Of a DNA stretch of 64,000 nt, positions 36,620 to 46,743 are shown piece by piece (position 1 is the stretch's first letter; each line of letters opens with the position of its first letter). Under the pieces are notes generated by a model, which had not been told where the DNA came from, searched no databases, and worked only from the letters and a program-made list of their open reading frames with translations. Source of the DNA: Fimbriimonadales bacterium (GTDB lineage: Bacteria > Armatimonadota > Fimbriimonadia > Fimbriimonadales > JABRVX01); NCBI GenBank assembly GCA_045862955.1, contig BTVI01000008.1:1-64000 (forward strand). Reading direction: 5' to 3'. Made by a program: the position numbers and the translations under genes.

Positions 36620-39103
36620 CTATCCCCGGCTGTCGCCTGGCCTGGTCCTCTGCTCCTCGATCTCTTTCACTGCCTGCAGCGCCGTCTCGTTGTCCGGGAA
36701 ACGCTCCAGCACCTTGCGGTACGCGTCGAGGGCTTCGAGCGGCTTCCCGTTCTCGCGCAGCAGGTTGGCGTACTTCAGCATCGCCCACGAGTCGTTGGGA
36801 TGGTTCTCCGCATAGAGTTTGAAGGCATCGAGCGCCTGCTGCGGAGTGCCGCGCTCTTCAGCCAGCAGGCAGTACGCGCGGACGGCAGCGATGTTCGTCG
36901 GGTCCATTCGCGACGCTCGGGCATAGGCATCGATCGCTTCGCGCCACTGCTCCAGATTCGCGTGTGCCTTCGCCAACGCGAGCCAGGCGCCTCGAGATAG
37001 CGGTGCAGCATCCACCCGGCTCTTCGCTACGTCGAGCGCTTCCGCCTGTTTCCCCACGGTCGGTGCGAAATCGGCAAGCCGCTGAACCGCCACGTCCTCG
37101 GGGCTGCCCTTTCGCGCTCTCGGGAGCAATTCGTTCCAGAAGCCCAGGTTGTCTTCACGCGCCGCGTAGTAGCGCGACAGCAAGGCATAGCCACCCAGCT
37201 CGTCCGGTGCGATGTCCAGCAGACCGCGGACCTCGGCGATCCAAGCGTCCATCTTCTTCTGCTGCTCATAGATCTCCGCGAGACGCATGCGCGGATAGGA
37301 GTTGCGGGGCTCCAAGCGCTTGATCTCGGCAAACTGGGCAGCGGCACCATCTAAGTCACCGTCGCTCATCAAGAACACGCCGTAGCCGCTGCGAAGTAGC
37401 GTATCGTTCGGCTGCGCGGCGACCCGCTCCACCCACGCCTTCTTCGCCTCTTCCTTCCTACCGTTGCGATACAGCAAGTTCGGGATCTGCGGAAAGTCTG
37501 CGGAAGGGTTCTTCGAGGTGGAGAGCAGGTCCCATGCGTACTTCACCGCACCGTCCACGTCTCCCATGCGCTCGAGCAGGCGTACCAGCTGCGCCAGCAC
37601 GATCTCCGTCCTTTTGTGACCGAGCGACTCCTCATAGACCGCCTTAGCCTTGTCGAGCTGATCGGTGCTCTCGTAATAGGCTCCCAACGACAGCCACGGA
37701 GCCGGGTCCTGCGGGTTCTTTTCCGCCAGGGACCGTAGGTGCGCAAGGGCCTCTTCCGTCTTGCCAGCCTTGATCAGTACTTCCCCAATAGAGACCTGCG
37801 CGGCCCGGTCCTGCGGGTCGATCGCAGTCAACCGCCGGAGCTGCGAGAGCGCAGTCTCGTAGTCCTTTCTCGCCTCGGAGAAGAGGGCGAAAGCCCTCAG
37901 TCCTTCCACGTCGTTGGGAAACGCCTCGAGGTGCCTTCGGTACTCCCGCACGGTCGCCGCGTCGTCTCTCCCCTGCCGGTAGATCTCGCAGACCTGGCGG
38001 GACGGGTAGGGATCTTGCGGCACGTTCTCCATCCACTTGCGATAGAGACGGATAAGCGGGCCGTGCGCCTGTGCCTTGAGGTAAAGCTCCTCCAGGCCGA
38101 GGTAAGCGCCTGTGTTTTTCGGGTCCACCAGGAGCACCGCCTCGAACTGCTCCTTGGCCTGTTCCGTGCGCCCGAGCTTGACAGCGACCGTAGCAAGCCG
38201 ATTCTCGACCTCGGGGTTTCGCGGGCTCAGCTCGCGTGCCACCAGATACTGTGCCTCCGCCTCGGCCCACATCTGACGGCGAGCGAAGACGTCTCCCTGC
38301 TCGATGCGGAGAAGCCTGTTGCGGGGGTAGGTGCGGATCATCTTGGCCAGCAACTGCACTGCGTCTTCGAAGCGTTCCGACTGCTCGTACAGTCGCGCGA
38401 GCAATACGGCGACTTCGATGTTCTCGGGCATCAGGGCGTGTGCTTTCTCCAAAGCGGCGGTTCCTGCGGCCGTGTCACCGCCTGCGAAGTGCGCCTCCGC
38501 GAGCGCCTGCCAGATGACGGGCTCCCTCGGGTTCCGCTGGCCCGCCTTGGAAAGGAGTTCGATCGCCTCGTCCCTCATGCCTAGATGAAGCTGGACCGAT
38601 GCGAGCAGAAACAAGACCTCTACGTCATCGGGAGACTTCCGGTGCGCCGCCTGGAGGTCGGCGAGAGCGCCCTTCATATCGTTTCGCCCGATCTCGATGA
38701 CAGCGCGAACGTACAGGTAGCCGGAAGTGCTGCGCAGGTCCTTCGGCACACGGGCCAGCGCCTGCTCTGCGTCCTTCACGCGTAGCGCCTGAGCATGCAC
38801 CGCTGCGATCTTGAGCCAAACCTGGCCGTTCTCGGGTTGCAGCGCCGCCGCACGCCGCAGGTGATACACGGACTTGTCTGCCTCTCCGTTCGCGACATAG
38901 GCGGACGCAAGGTTGAGGTGTGCGGGCACGTAGCTCTCCCGCGCATGGAGCAGCTTGCGGTACTGGGTGATGGCGGTTGGGAAGTCACCTGCGCGTTGCG
39001 CCTCGACAGCGGCATCGTACAGGCGCTGCTCGGAACTGGTCAACTTCTGCGCGAAAGCGCATGCGGAGAGGCACAGCGCGGCGATGAGCATCCCACGAAT
39101 CAT
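36620..39103 (-). CDS. Large secreted tetratricopeptide-repeat protein
   Basis: Signal peptide; many 34-aa TPR repeats. Confidence 0.9.
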   Translation of the reverse strand: MIRGMLIAALCLSACAFAQKLTSSEQRLYDAAVEAQRAGDFPTAITQYRKLLHARESYVPAHLNLASAYVANGEADKSVYHLRRAAALQPENGQVWLKIAAVHAQALRVKDAEQALARVPKDLRSTSGYLYVRAVIEIGRNDMKGALADLQAAHRKSPDDVEVLFLLASVQLHLGMRDEAIELLSKAGQRNPREPVIWQALAEAHFAGGDTAAGTAALEKAHALMPENIEVAVLLARLYEQSERFEDAVQLLAKMIRTYPRNRLLRIEQGDVFARRQMWAEAEAQYLVARELSPRNPEVENRLATVAVKLGRTEQAKEQFEAVLLVDPKNTGAYLGLEELYLKAQAHGPLIRLYRKWMENVPQDPYPSRQVCEIYRQGRDDAATVREYRRHLEAFPNDVEGLRAFALFSEARKDYETALSQLRRLTAIDPQDRAAQVSIGEVLIKAGKTEEALAHLRSLAEKNPQDPAPWLSLGAYYESTDQLDKAKAVYEESLGHKRTEIVLAQLVRLLERMGDVDGAVKYAWDLLSTSKNPSADFPQIPNLLYRNGRKEEAKKAWVERVAAQPNDTLLRSGYGVFLMSDGDLDGAAAQFAEIKRLEPRNSYPRMRLAEIYEQQKKMDAWIAEVRGLLDIAPDELGGYALLSRYYAAREDNLGFWNELLPRARKGSPEDVAVQRLADFAPTVGKQAEALDVAKSRVDAAPLSRGAWLALAKAHANLEQWREAIDAYARASRMDPTNIAAVRAYCLLAEERGTPQQALDAFKLYAENHPNDSWAMLKYANLLRENGKPLEALDAYRKVLERFPDNETALQAVKEIEEQRTRPGDSRG

Positions 39104-39257
39104 GCTTGGGTCATCCTTTCCATCGTGAGTCAGACGGTCGTGCACCCCTGCGGGTTCGGCCGGCGGCGACGCGATTCGCTCGGACTGGGGATGCTACCCG
39201 AACAGGCTGAGGAACGCTCGCGTTGGCGCCGCGCTGCTTGCCGTTTGGCCAGGAAGT

Positions 39258-39296
39258 TGAAGCGAGGCAGCTCTAGACCGATATTTAGGTTATAAT
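39258..39296 (+). promoter_or_regulatory. Promoter region (sigma28-like TGAA-N15-ACCGATAT and a perfect TATAAT)
   Basis: AT-rich patch in a GC-rich genome, upstream of the small ORF at 39352. Confidence 0.4.
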
Positions 39297-39351
39297 AGGT
39301 AAGTACCTTTGGCAATGGCGCCTGGGTATGTGCACGAAGGAGGTGCAGAAG

Positions 39352-39549
39352 ATGGCTACCGCTCGAAATGGGCAGCATCGGCAGCGGCCTGCGGTCCCCT
39401 ACTCGGCGGTCCCCGCGGGCGTACGCGATGATGCGTGTTTGGCCCCGCAGAACATCGGGAACGCATCGGTTATCGGAAGAGACTTCGACCTGCGCGAGGA
39501 GCTTCGAAAGCGTCGCCTAGCCGCGATAAAGAAGGCTGCGAGCGGCTAG
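39352..39549 (+). CDS. Small hypothetical protein (65 aa)
   Basis: AAGGAGGTG RBS 6 nt before ATG; basic C-terminal helix DLREELRKRRLAAIKKAA. Confidence 0.6.
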   Translation: MATARNGQHRQRPAVPYSAVPAGVRDDACLAPQNIGNASVIGRDFDLREELRKRRLAAIKKAASG

Positions 39550-39749
39550 GCCAGTGGCTCCTGCTGGCCCGAGTGGCCTCTGACGGGGAGTTTCACACAG
39601 CCTGCGCAACACCGAAGCGGCGGTGCCACACCGCCGCTTCGGGCTGTCTCGATGCCCTGACGTTTCGGCTGCCGAGCGCCACCGTGCCCTCGGTCTCAGC
39701 GAGCCTCAGCAGCCGAACGTCGGGGCTACCTCGAGGACGCCTGCTCACC

Positions 39750-41255
39750 CTACGGATCGCCCTGCTTACCGAAGTTCAAGAGCACGATGTTCAGGTCGGA
39801 CAGCCCGACTACGCCGTCGCCGTTCAGGTCGGTGGCGAGGTTGCCCGTTCCGAACTGCAACAGGATCATGTTCAGGTCGGATAGGCCGATCAAGTTGTCG
39901 CCGTCCGGGTCTCCATTCGTCTGGGTGAAGTTCGCCACGTTGGTGCCGAGGATGATCACCTTGTTCGCGCTCACTTGCCTCAGGAAGCCCGGGAACTTCA
40001 GAGCCAGGTCGAACGTGCCCTGCGCCACGCTCGGCACGCTGTAATTGCCGCTGCCGTCCAGCGTGATGCCGTACGAGTGCAGCACCGTCTGCGTGCCCGG
40101 CTGGCGGAACTGCAGCGTGGCGGTGCGGCCCGTCGGATCGGCGAGGAAGGTGAGATTCACGTTTCCGCTGAGCGACGCCGTGGTCGCGCCCTGCAACTTC
40201 GTGTAGTACCAGAGGTCGTCTACTCCGCGAATGAACACCACATCGTTCACCCGCACGATGCGACCCGTGTAGTGAACGTCACCCGGGAGCTTCCCGACCG
40301 TCCACTGAAGCGTCGTAAGGTTCAGCCTTGCCCAGTCGTCGGTCGGGTCTCCCCAACCCTCATGGGACACGTCGCCGGTGGAGCCGCGGATCAGCCACAG
40401 CTCGGCGTGGCCGCTGGGAGAGAGTTCGGCCGGAATGTACTCGATGGACTGGCCGTATCCGCACTGCCAGTCGTACGGTTTGTCCACCAGCTTGTCAACG
40501 GCGTTGTCCTTGCCTACGCCGGTCCAGGTGTAGATGATCTCGCCCGAGCTGACACCCGGCTCCCAGTCGTTGTGCGTAGCGTAGTAGCGACCGTTCCCGT
40601 CGGTCGCCAGATCCTCGTTGCGGGAGATCCACCTGGGGGCGCTGACGCCCTGGAAGCCCAGGTTGTACCAAGTGTTCATGTAGTTGTTGTCGTATGTCTG
40701 AGCATTCCAGTCGAACTGGACCCACCAGTCTCCTGCGTGCCACACACCGACCCCGACACCGGGGTTTGCCGGGTCCATGTGTAGAGCGTTCCCAGTGTGG
40801 TTCATGTCCGTGAGATCGTAACCGGGGTTCATCGGATCCTCCAGCACTTCCCACGTGTCGGAGTTCGTGTCGTATCGCAGCACGCACCGCCTCCAATCGC
40901 CGCCATAAGGGTGGTTCTGCGAGGCGCCGATCGTGTAGAAGTAGCCGTCCTGGTAGGCCAGCTTACCGGTAACGCCGCCCGCCCAGGGCACGGTGATCGG
41001 TCGCGGGGGATCGGATAGCTGGGTCCACAGGCCATACGAGGGGTCGTTGGGGTCGAAGTCGTACCGGAAGAACTTGCCCTCGCGTTCCCATTCCTGGTCG
41101 AAAACGACGAAGAGGGTGGTGCCGTCCGTGCCGATCCGGTTGACTTTGTAACCGGGATCGCTCAGGGCTCCGTACAGCACGTCCCAGGTGACATCAGCGA
41201 CTGCGAACTGGGCCGGCATCAGGGCGAGGCCGCACAGCAGATGTAAAGCTCTCAT
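39750..41255 (-). CDS. Secreted propeller-like protein with the same C-terminal beta-sandwich plus dockerin-like module as 445-2415
   Basis: AAAGGAG RBS; signal peptide; Kelch-like (VLRYDTNSDTWEVL); NGDPDGDNLIGLSDL...DLNGDGVVGLSDL. Confidence 0.87.
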   Translation of the reverse strand: MRALHLLCGLALMPAQFAVADVTWDVLYGALSDPGYKVNRIGTDGTTLFVVFDQEWEREGKFFRYDFDPNDPSYGLWTQLSDPPRPITVPWAGGVTGKLAYQDGYFYTIGASQNHPYGGDWRRCVLRYDTNSDTWEVLEDPMNPGYDLTDMNHTGNALHMDPANPGVGVGVWHAGDWWVQFDWNAQTYDNNYMNTWYNLGFQGVSAPRWISRNEDLATDGNGRYYATHNDWEPGVSSGEIIYTWTGVGKDNAVDKLVDKPYDWQCGYGQSIEYIPAELSPSGHAELWLIRGSTGDVSHEGWGDPTDDWARLNLTTLQWTVGKLPGDVHYTGRIVRVNDVVFIRGVDDLWYYTKLQGATTASLSGNVNLTFLADPTGRTATLQFRQPGTQTVLHSYGITLDGSGNYSVPSVAQGTFDLALKFPGFLRQVSANKVIILGTNVANFTQTNGDPDGDNLIGLSDLNMILLQFGTGNLATDLNGDGVVGLSDLNIVLLNFGKQGDP

Positions 41256-41320
41256 GTGCGTCTCCTTTCTCCTCTGCGTGTTTCTCCGCCGCTGCCTTCG
41301 ACAGGAGAGACTTCCACCCC

Positions 41321-41349
41321 ATTATCACGCGGTTTTCGGCGTACGACAA
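41321..41349 (-). promoter_or_regulatory. Putative sigma70 promoter
   Basis: TTGTCG-N17-GATAAT on the minus strand. Confidence 0.5.
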
Positions 41350-41616
41350 GTCTCCGGCCCCTTTGCCCCTCGATTCCGACGCCTGGCCGGCCTGGCGGAT
41401 TGCCACGCAGAGGTCGCAGTGACAGCCGCGAAGATCGCTGCTGGACGAAGCTACACGGTGCTGTCTCGTCACGATCCCCGACTTGCCAGCAAGCCGTGGT
41501 GCGACCGACTCCGAGCGCGATGTGGGCTAGGGGGTCTGAAGATCGGAAGCCCAGCTTTGCCCCTTCTTGGGGTGGAGCCTCCACCGCAAGCGGCGGAGGC
41601 GTCGGTCGGCGCCGTG

Positions 41617-42405
41617 CTAACTGCTCGCCGAGGTGTAGTAGCGGAGGGCGAAACGCCAGAACCAGCGGCAGGCAATCACTGCAACTAGGCTCCAACCCAC
41701 TCCTAACCAGACCACCCACGTCTCCACCTGCCCCCAGAGCGCACGGGTGGGCACGGTGGCAATGAAGGCGAGAGGTATCGCGTAGAGGAACAGCTTCTGC
41801 AAGAGCGCCGGGAAGATGTCCAGCGGGAACCGGGCGACCTGGAACACCGATTCCCCCACCACCCACAGGTTCTCTACGCGCACGAGCCAAATACCCAGCG
41901 TCATCAGCACGAACTGCAAGGCATAGAAGAGCAGCAAGGCCGCAAGAGTCAAGGCGATGTAAACGAGCAGCTGCTGCAGGTTCGGCGACAGGTTCTCCAG
42001 CCGAAGCCCATACGCTAACAGCCCGAAGGACGCCGCGACCGTGCCGATCTGATCGAAGTTGAACAACCTGACGCTCACCCAGAACTGGCTATCCACCGGT
42101 TTCACTAACACGTAGTCGAGCGTCCCCAATCGCACCAGAGTCGGGAGCTCTACCACGGACATCCCGAACACCGCACCTGCTACCGAGCCCATCATGTAGC
42201 AGGTGGCGAATAGTAGGAACGACTGCCCCTCGCTCCATCCCGCGATGCTGTCCGTCTGCCCGTAGAACACCTTCAGTATCGCAATGAAGAAGCCCATCCA
42301 CACGAGGTTCTGCGCCACCTTCGCCCAGAAGTTGGCGCGGAACTCGATCTCGCGCTGCAAGCTGGCGAGCACCATAGCACGGTACAGCCGGAGGTACCGC
42401 CTCAC
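41617..42405 (-). CDS. ABC-2 family transporter permease
   Basis: EIEFRANF, IAGWS, GTLDYVLVKPVDSQF, ARFPLDIF; ATGTGA overlap. Confidence 0.88.
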   Translation of the reverse strand: MRRYLRLYRAMVLASLQREIEFRANFWAKVAQNLVWMGFFIAILKVFYGQTDSIAGWSEGQSFLLFATCYMMGSVAGAVFGMSVVELPTLVRLGTLDYVLVKPVDSQFWVSVRLFNFDQIGTVAASFGLLAYGLRLENLSPNLQQLLVYIALTLAALLLFYALQFVLMTLGIWLVRVENLWVVGESVFQVARFPLDIFPALLQKLFLYAIPLAFIATVPTRALWGQVETWVVWLGVGWSLVAVIACRWFWRFALRYYTSASS

Positions 42406-43205
42406 ATCCCCACCCCAGTATAAGTCTTCAACCCCGAGCGCCATAGCACCCAACCCACTCCGGACATCAACCCGATCCAACCGAGCTGCACCGCGATGCC
42501 TACCACCACTGCCTCATCGCTCACCCTGCCCAGCATCATCTCGACCGGGAACGCCACTGTGTAGCGGAACGGTGTGAACATCGCGCCGGTAGCAGCCCAA
42601 TCGGGAAGCATGGCAAGAGGAAAGAGCCTTCCCGACAGGAACATCTCGGGCAGATAGTAGAGACGGATGATCGAGTAGGCCTCCTGGGTCCGGAGTGCGA
42701 TCAGGCCTAGGGCGAAGGCATTGACGAAGCTGAGGATGTGTCCCAGGCTTATCACCACGAGCAGTAGGGGTGATACATACACCTTTGCCCCGATCAGCAG
42801 CGAGTGGTAGCCGACGAGCATCGCTACGAAGAGCGGCAGAAACATGATCAGCTTGCCCACTCTCCATGCTATGTTCCGGACGAACTGCGACCAGAAGTAG
42901 TTCATGGGTCGCACTAGATAAGCGGAGAAGATGCCCTCGCGTATCTCGTAGGCGATGTCCCACATCATGTGGCTAACCACGACCTGCGACAGCACGAGTG
43001 CAGCAACGTAGTAGAGAACGATCTGCTGGACGCTCAGCGTGCCGACATACCCTTGGCCACTCGCAGCCGCAATCCACACGAGAGGCAGCACCAGCGCCGT
43101 CATACTGTCTGCGATGATCCAGAGGAACGCAGCGCCGCGATAGATGAACATCTCCGTGAGGATGATGCGGAAATAAGCGTAGCTCTTACGGGCGAGTGCG
43201 ATCAT
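42402..43205 (-). CDS. ABC-2 family transporter permease
   Basis: EIREGIFSAYLVRPM, LSGRLFPL, PFRYTVAFPVE, GLKTYTGVG. Confidence 0.88.
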   Translation of the reverse strand: MIALARKSYAYFRIILTEMFIYRGAAFLWIIADSMTALVLPLVWIAAASGQGYVGTLSVQQIVLYYVAALVLSQVVVSHMMWDIAYEIREGIFSAYLVRPMNYFWSQFVRNIAWRVGKLIMFLPLFVAMLVGYHSLLIGAKVYVSPLLLVVISLGHILSFVNAFALGLIALRTQEAYSIIRLYYLPEMFLSGRLFPLAMLPDWAATGAMFTPFRYTVAFPVEMMLGRVSDEAVVVGIAVQLGWIGLMSGVGWVLWRSGLKTYTGVGM

Positions 43206-44920
43206 CCCGTAGCGAGATGCTCCTTCTCCTTGGCCAGCAGTTCCATGGCTGCTCGTGCAGCTTCGGTCACCGGCACCGCCCTCCTACTGCGCTCTCGGCG
43301 CAGCCCTACCTCGACGTTACCCTCGGCCAGGCTTTTGCCGACCACTACTTGCACCGGCCAGCCGATCAGATCGGCATCCTTGAACTTCACACCGGCGCGC
43401 TCGTCTCTATCGTCCAGGAGCACCTCGACCCCTAGTCGCATCAGCTCACCGTAGAGGCGCTCGGCAGCTTCTGCGACGGCGGAATCGGGAGAGGCGGGAA
43501 TTACTACCACTTCTAGCGGTGCGATGGTAGCAGGCCACGCCAGACCATCCGAATCGTTATGGATCTCTGCGACCGCCGACATGCAGCGTGAGATGCCGAG
43601 ACCATAGCAACCCATCACGGCCGGTCGCTGCACACCCTCCGCATCCACGATGTTAGCATCCAGCGACGCGGAGTACTTAATCCCTAGCTGGAAGATGTGT
43701 CCCACTTCGATGCCGCGCACCTCGGTATAGACACCACCTGCAATCGTAGGATCGCCTGCTGCGGCCACTCGAAGGTCGGCCCATTCGTGCACTGCGAAGT
43801 CGCGACCATGACACACATGCACGGTATGAGTCTCGTCCTTGTTAGCACCCACCACGAAATCGCGCAGGCTCTTCAGCTCGTAGTCGGCGACCAGCCGTAC
43901 CCCGTCCAGGCCGATGGGGCCCGCGAAGCCGACGGGAGCTCGGCTATACCTCTCGACCTCCTCGGGCTGCATCATTCGCAGCTCTTCCGCACCTAGCGCG
44001 CGACGCAACTTGCCTTCGTTCAGCTCCCGATCTCCGCGTATCAGTGCACCCACGGGCTTGCCATCGGCTATGTACAACAGCGTCTTCACGATCTGTGTGG
44101 GAGCTACGTTCAGGAAGGCTGCCACTTGATCCACGGTGTGCGCACCCGGAGTTGCTACATCCTCGTGCGGAGGCGAGTCACCTGGCTCCACCGGTGGGAG
44201 GTTCCCATCGGGCAGTTCTGCGCGCTCGGCGTTGACCGTATACCCGCTCGCCGTGCACTGCAACACGGTGTCCTCGCCCGCAGGAGTGACTACCATGTAC
44301 TCCTTGTTCTCGCTGCCGCCGATGGCACCGGGATCGGCATCACAGATCAGCGTCTCGAGGCCCATCCTTCGGAAGGAACGCGTGTAAGCCTCGCCGATTC
44401 GACGATAGGTCTCGTCCAAGCACTGCTCGGTGAGGTGGAAACTGTAGGCGTCCTTCATGATGAACTCGCGAGCGCGTATGAGGCCCGCTCTCGGTCTCGG
44501 CTCGTCCCGGAACTTGGTTTGAATCTGGTATAGGGTGAGCGGCAACTCTTTGTAAGAGTGGACGGTATGTCGAAAGATGTCGGTGATGATTTCCTCGTGA
44601 GTGAACCCGAGGGAGAAGGGGCGCCCTTGGCGATCATGCACCTTGAAAAGTACGTCCACTGTATGGCGTCCCGTCTGTTCTAGAAGTTCCCATGGCACGA
44701 GGGCGGGCATCAGCAGCTCCAGCGCGCCTGTCCGGTCCATCTCCTCGCGGACGATCTGCTCGATCTTTCGCAGGACCCGCCACCCGAGAGGCATGTAGGT
44801 GTATACGCCTGCGGCCTGGCGACGAATGAACCCTCCGCGCACCAGAAGTCGGTGGCTGACCAGCTCCGCATCCGTGGGAGCCTCTCGCAATGTTGGTAAA
44901 TAACTCTGTGACGCCCGCAA
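43202..44920 (-). CDS. proS: Proline--tRNA ligase (with editing insertion)
   Basis: PTLRE, KFRDEPRPRAGLIRAREF, GIEVGHIFQLG, MGCYGLG, DDRDERAGVKFKDADLIG; AAGGAG RBS before TTG 44920. Confidence 0.96.
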   Translation of the reverse strand: MRASQSYLPTLREAPTDAELVSHRLLVRGGFIRRQAAGVYTYMPLGWRVLRKIEQIVREEMDRTGALELLMPALVPWELLEQTGRHTVDVLFKVHDRQGRPFSLGFTHEEIITDIFRHTVHSYKELPLTLYQIQTKFRDEPRPRAGLIRAREFIMKDAYSFHLTEQCLDETYRRIGEAYTRSFRRMGLETLICDADPGAIGGSENKEYMVVTPAGEDTVLQCTASGYTVNAERAELPDGNLPPVEPGDSPPHEDVATPGAHTVDQVAAFLNVAPTQIVKTLLYIADGKPVGALIRGDRELNEGKLRRALGAEELRMMQPEEVERYSRAPVGFAGPIGLDGVRLVADYELKSLRDFVVGANKDETHTVHVCHGRDFAVHEWADLRVAAAGDPTIAGGVYTEVRGIEVGHIFQLGIKYSASLDANIVDAEGVQRPAVMGCYGLGISRCMSAVAEIHNDSDGLAWPATIAPLEVVVIPASPDSAVAEAAERLYGELMRLGVEVLLDDRDERAGVKFKDADLIGWPVQVVVGKSLAEGNVEVGLRRERSRRAVPVTEAARAAMELLAKEKEHLATG

Positions 44921-45073
44921 CGTTACACTCCTTGGCGCTAGTCTGAACGGGATGAACGATGATACCGCAGGGGCCGCACAGGCCGTGCTCGCCATCCTAG
45001 GGCAGACACAGTAGGCTTGCGGTGCAACGGCCCGCCTTAGGTATGGCAAATGGTCGTGCAAGGGACTTCTTTT

Positions 45074-45736
45074 ATGAGCTTGCGCGGTGCGGAGAGCCGA
45101 GTGCTGATAGGTGTTGACGGGCTGGGGGGAACGGAGGCAGAGGCAGTGTGGCCTCCTGCCGAGACCCGTGCTGCGTTCAGCCGCACGGGAAGCGAGCCGG
45201 CCGTGGAAGGTGCCTTGGCGACCCCTCCGACATGCGAGCGCTTTGCCAGTGGTGCGCTCCCACAGGTGGTTAGTGGAAAAGAGGCGCTCGGGGTCCTCGA
45301 AGAATTCCAGAATCATGCGTGGCAGACCGGGACCCTGTTCTCGGTGTTGTTCGTTGACGTCGACGCTCTCGACGACTACAATCATCGCTTCGGGAAGGAA
45401 GCCGGAGACGAGCTATTGACGCGTCTCGGGGATCTCCTTCGCGCATCAGTACGTCGGAACGATCTCGTGGCACGGTGGAGTGGAGAGGAGTTCCTTATCG
45501 GGCTTCGCGGAGCAAACCCAGAAACGGCTGCCATCGTCGCGGAGCGCCTGCGGCTGAACTTTCAGCGCACCGAAGCTTCTAGGGCGCCGGTTACCGTGAG
45601 CATTGGAGTGGCCACTTGGCGGTCCGACCTTCCCGATGTGCACCAATTAGTTGCCGAGGCGCAGAAGGGCCTTCACTACGCCAAGGAGTGCGGTGGGAAC
45701 TGCGTGCGCACAGCCTCTCCGTTGGAACCCGGATAG
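45074..45736 (+). CDS. GGDEF-domain protein with degenerate SGEEF motif
   Basis: VDVD..., RRNDLVARWSGEEF, VTVSIGVA, AKECGGN; start uncertain. Confidence 0.8.
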   Translation: MSLRGAESRVLIGVDGLGGTEAEAVWPPAETRAAFSRTGSEPAVEGALATPPTCERFASGALPQVVSGKEALGVLEEFQNHAWQTGTLFSVLFVDVDALDDYNHRFGKEAGDELLTRLGDLLRASVRRNDLVARWSGEEFLIGLRGANPETAAIVAERLRLNFQRTEASRAPVTVSIGVATWRSDLPDVHQLVAEAQKGLHYAKECGGNCVRTASPLEPG

Positions 45737-45856
45737 TCTGTACGCCAGCCCGAGCGCTGGAAGTCCAATATCGTGGCCAACGTGCGCCAAGTGGCGGCAA
45801 CCGACGCTGCCTGAAAGAAACCTCATGGCGCCGAGACGCAGTGGCCTCGGGACCTT

Positions 45857-46741
45857 CTAATCGAGCCCCAGTTCGTGCAGCGTGCCAGGGCGCTCACGCC
45901 AGCCCTGCTTCACCTTAACCCAGAGGTCCAAATAGACGGGCCGTTGGAGCATCTCCTCGATCCCCTTGCGCGCCGAGGCTCCGATGGACTTCAGCATCTG
46001 GCCCCCCTTGCCCAAGACGATAGCTTTGTGGGCGTCGCGCTCCACGTAGACAGTCGCGCCGATGTACACGGGGCCATCCGGACGCTCCTCCCAGGTCTCC
46101 GTCAGCACCGCAGTGCTGTGCGGCACTTCCTGCCGAGTGCGTAGTAGGACCTGCTCGCGGACCAACTCGGCGGCCAGAAACCGCATGGGTGCGTCCGTGA
46201 CTTGGTCTTCCGGGTAGAGGGGCGGTCCTTCGGGCAAGAGCGGGACCAGCAGGGCCAGCAGGCGGTCGAGATTGTCGCGTTTTCGAGCCGAGATCATCAT
46301 CCATGGGCATTCGGGCAGCAAGGCCCAGTGTGCATCACAGTGGCGTTGCACCTTCTCCGGCGGAAGTCGGTCCATCTTGTTCAGCACCAACAGCTTCGCT
46401 CCGTCCACCCGCGCCAGCATCTTCGCCACCCTCCAGTCGAACTCGCCGGGCAAGCGCGAAACGTCGGTGACGAGCATCACCACATCGGCGGAGAGCAACG
46501 CCTGATGGGCAGCCTGCGCCATCCGCGCTCCCAGCAGGTGCTTCGGATGCGACACACCCGGCGTATCCACGAATGCGATCTGGTATTCGGGCTCGGTCAG
46601 CACCCCGAGGAGGTTTCGCCGCGTAGTTTGGGGCTTCGGCGAGACGATGGCGATCTTCTGCCCGAGAAGGGCGTTGAGCAACGTGCTCTTGCCGACGTTG
46701 GGCGCTCCGACCACCGCCACCGTGCCGCAACGATGCTCCAT
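45857..46741 (-). CDS. era: GTPase Era
   Basis: GAPNVGKSTL, KPQTTR, DTPG, NKMD, KH domain. Confidence 0.97.
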   Translation of the reverse strand: MEHRCGTVAVVGAPNVGKSTLLNALLGQKIAIVSPKPQTTRRNLLGVLTEPEYQIAFVDTPGVSHPKHLLGARMAQAAHQALLSADVVMLVTDVSRLPGEFDWRVAKMLARVDGAKLLVLNKMDRLPPEKVQRHCDAHWALLPECPWMMISARKRDNLDRLLALLVPLLPEGPPLYPEDQVTDAPMRFLAAELVREQVLLRTRQEVPHSTAVLTETWEERPDGPVYIGATVYVERDAHKAIVLGKGGQMLKSIGASARKGIEEMLQRPVYLDLWVKVKQGWRERPGTLHELGLD

Positions 46742-46743
46742 CG

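Noticed and set aside
41617..43205. ABC permeases lacking an adjacent ATPase as a novel system
   Set aside because: The ATPase is probably encoded elsewhere; nothing else here is unusual.
44921..45385. 155-aa N-terminal extension of ProS
   Set aside because: A good RBS and ProS homology begin at TTG 44920; the extension overlaps the GGDEF gene on the other strand.
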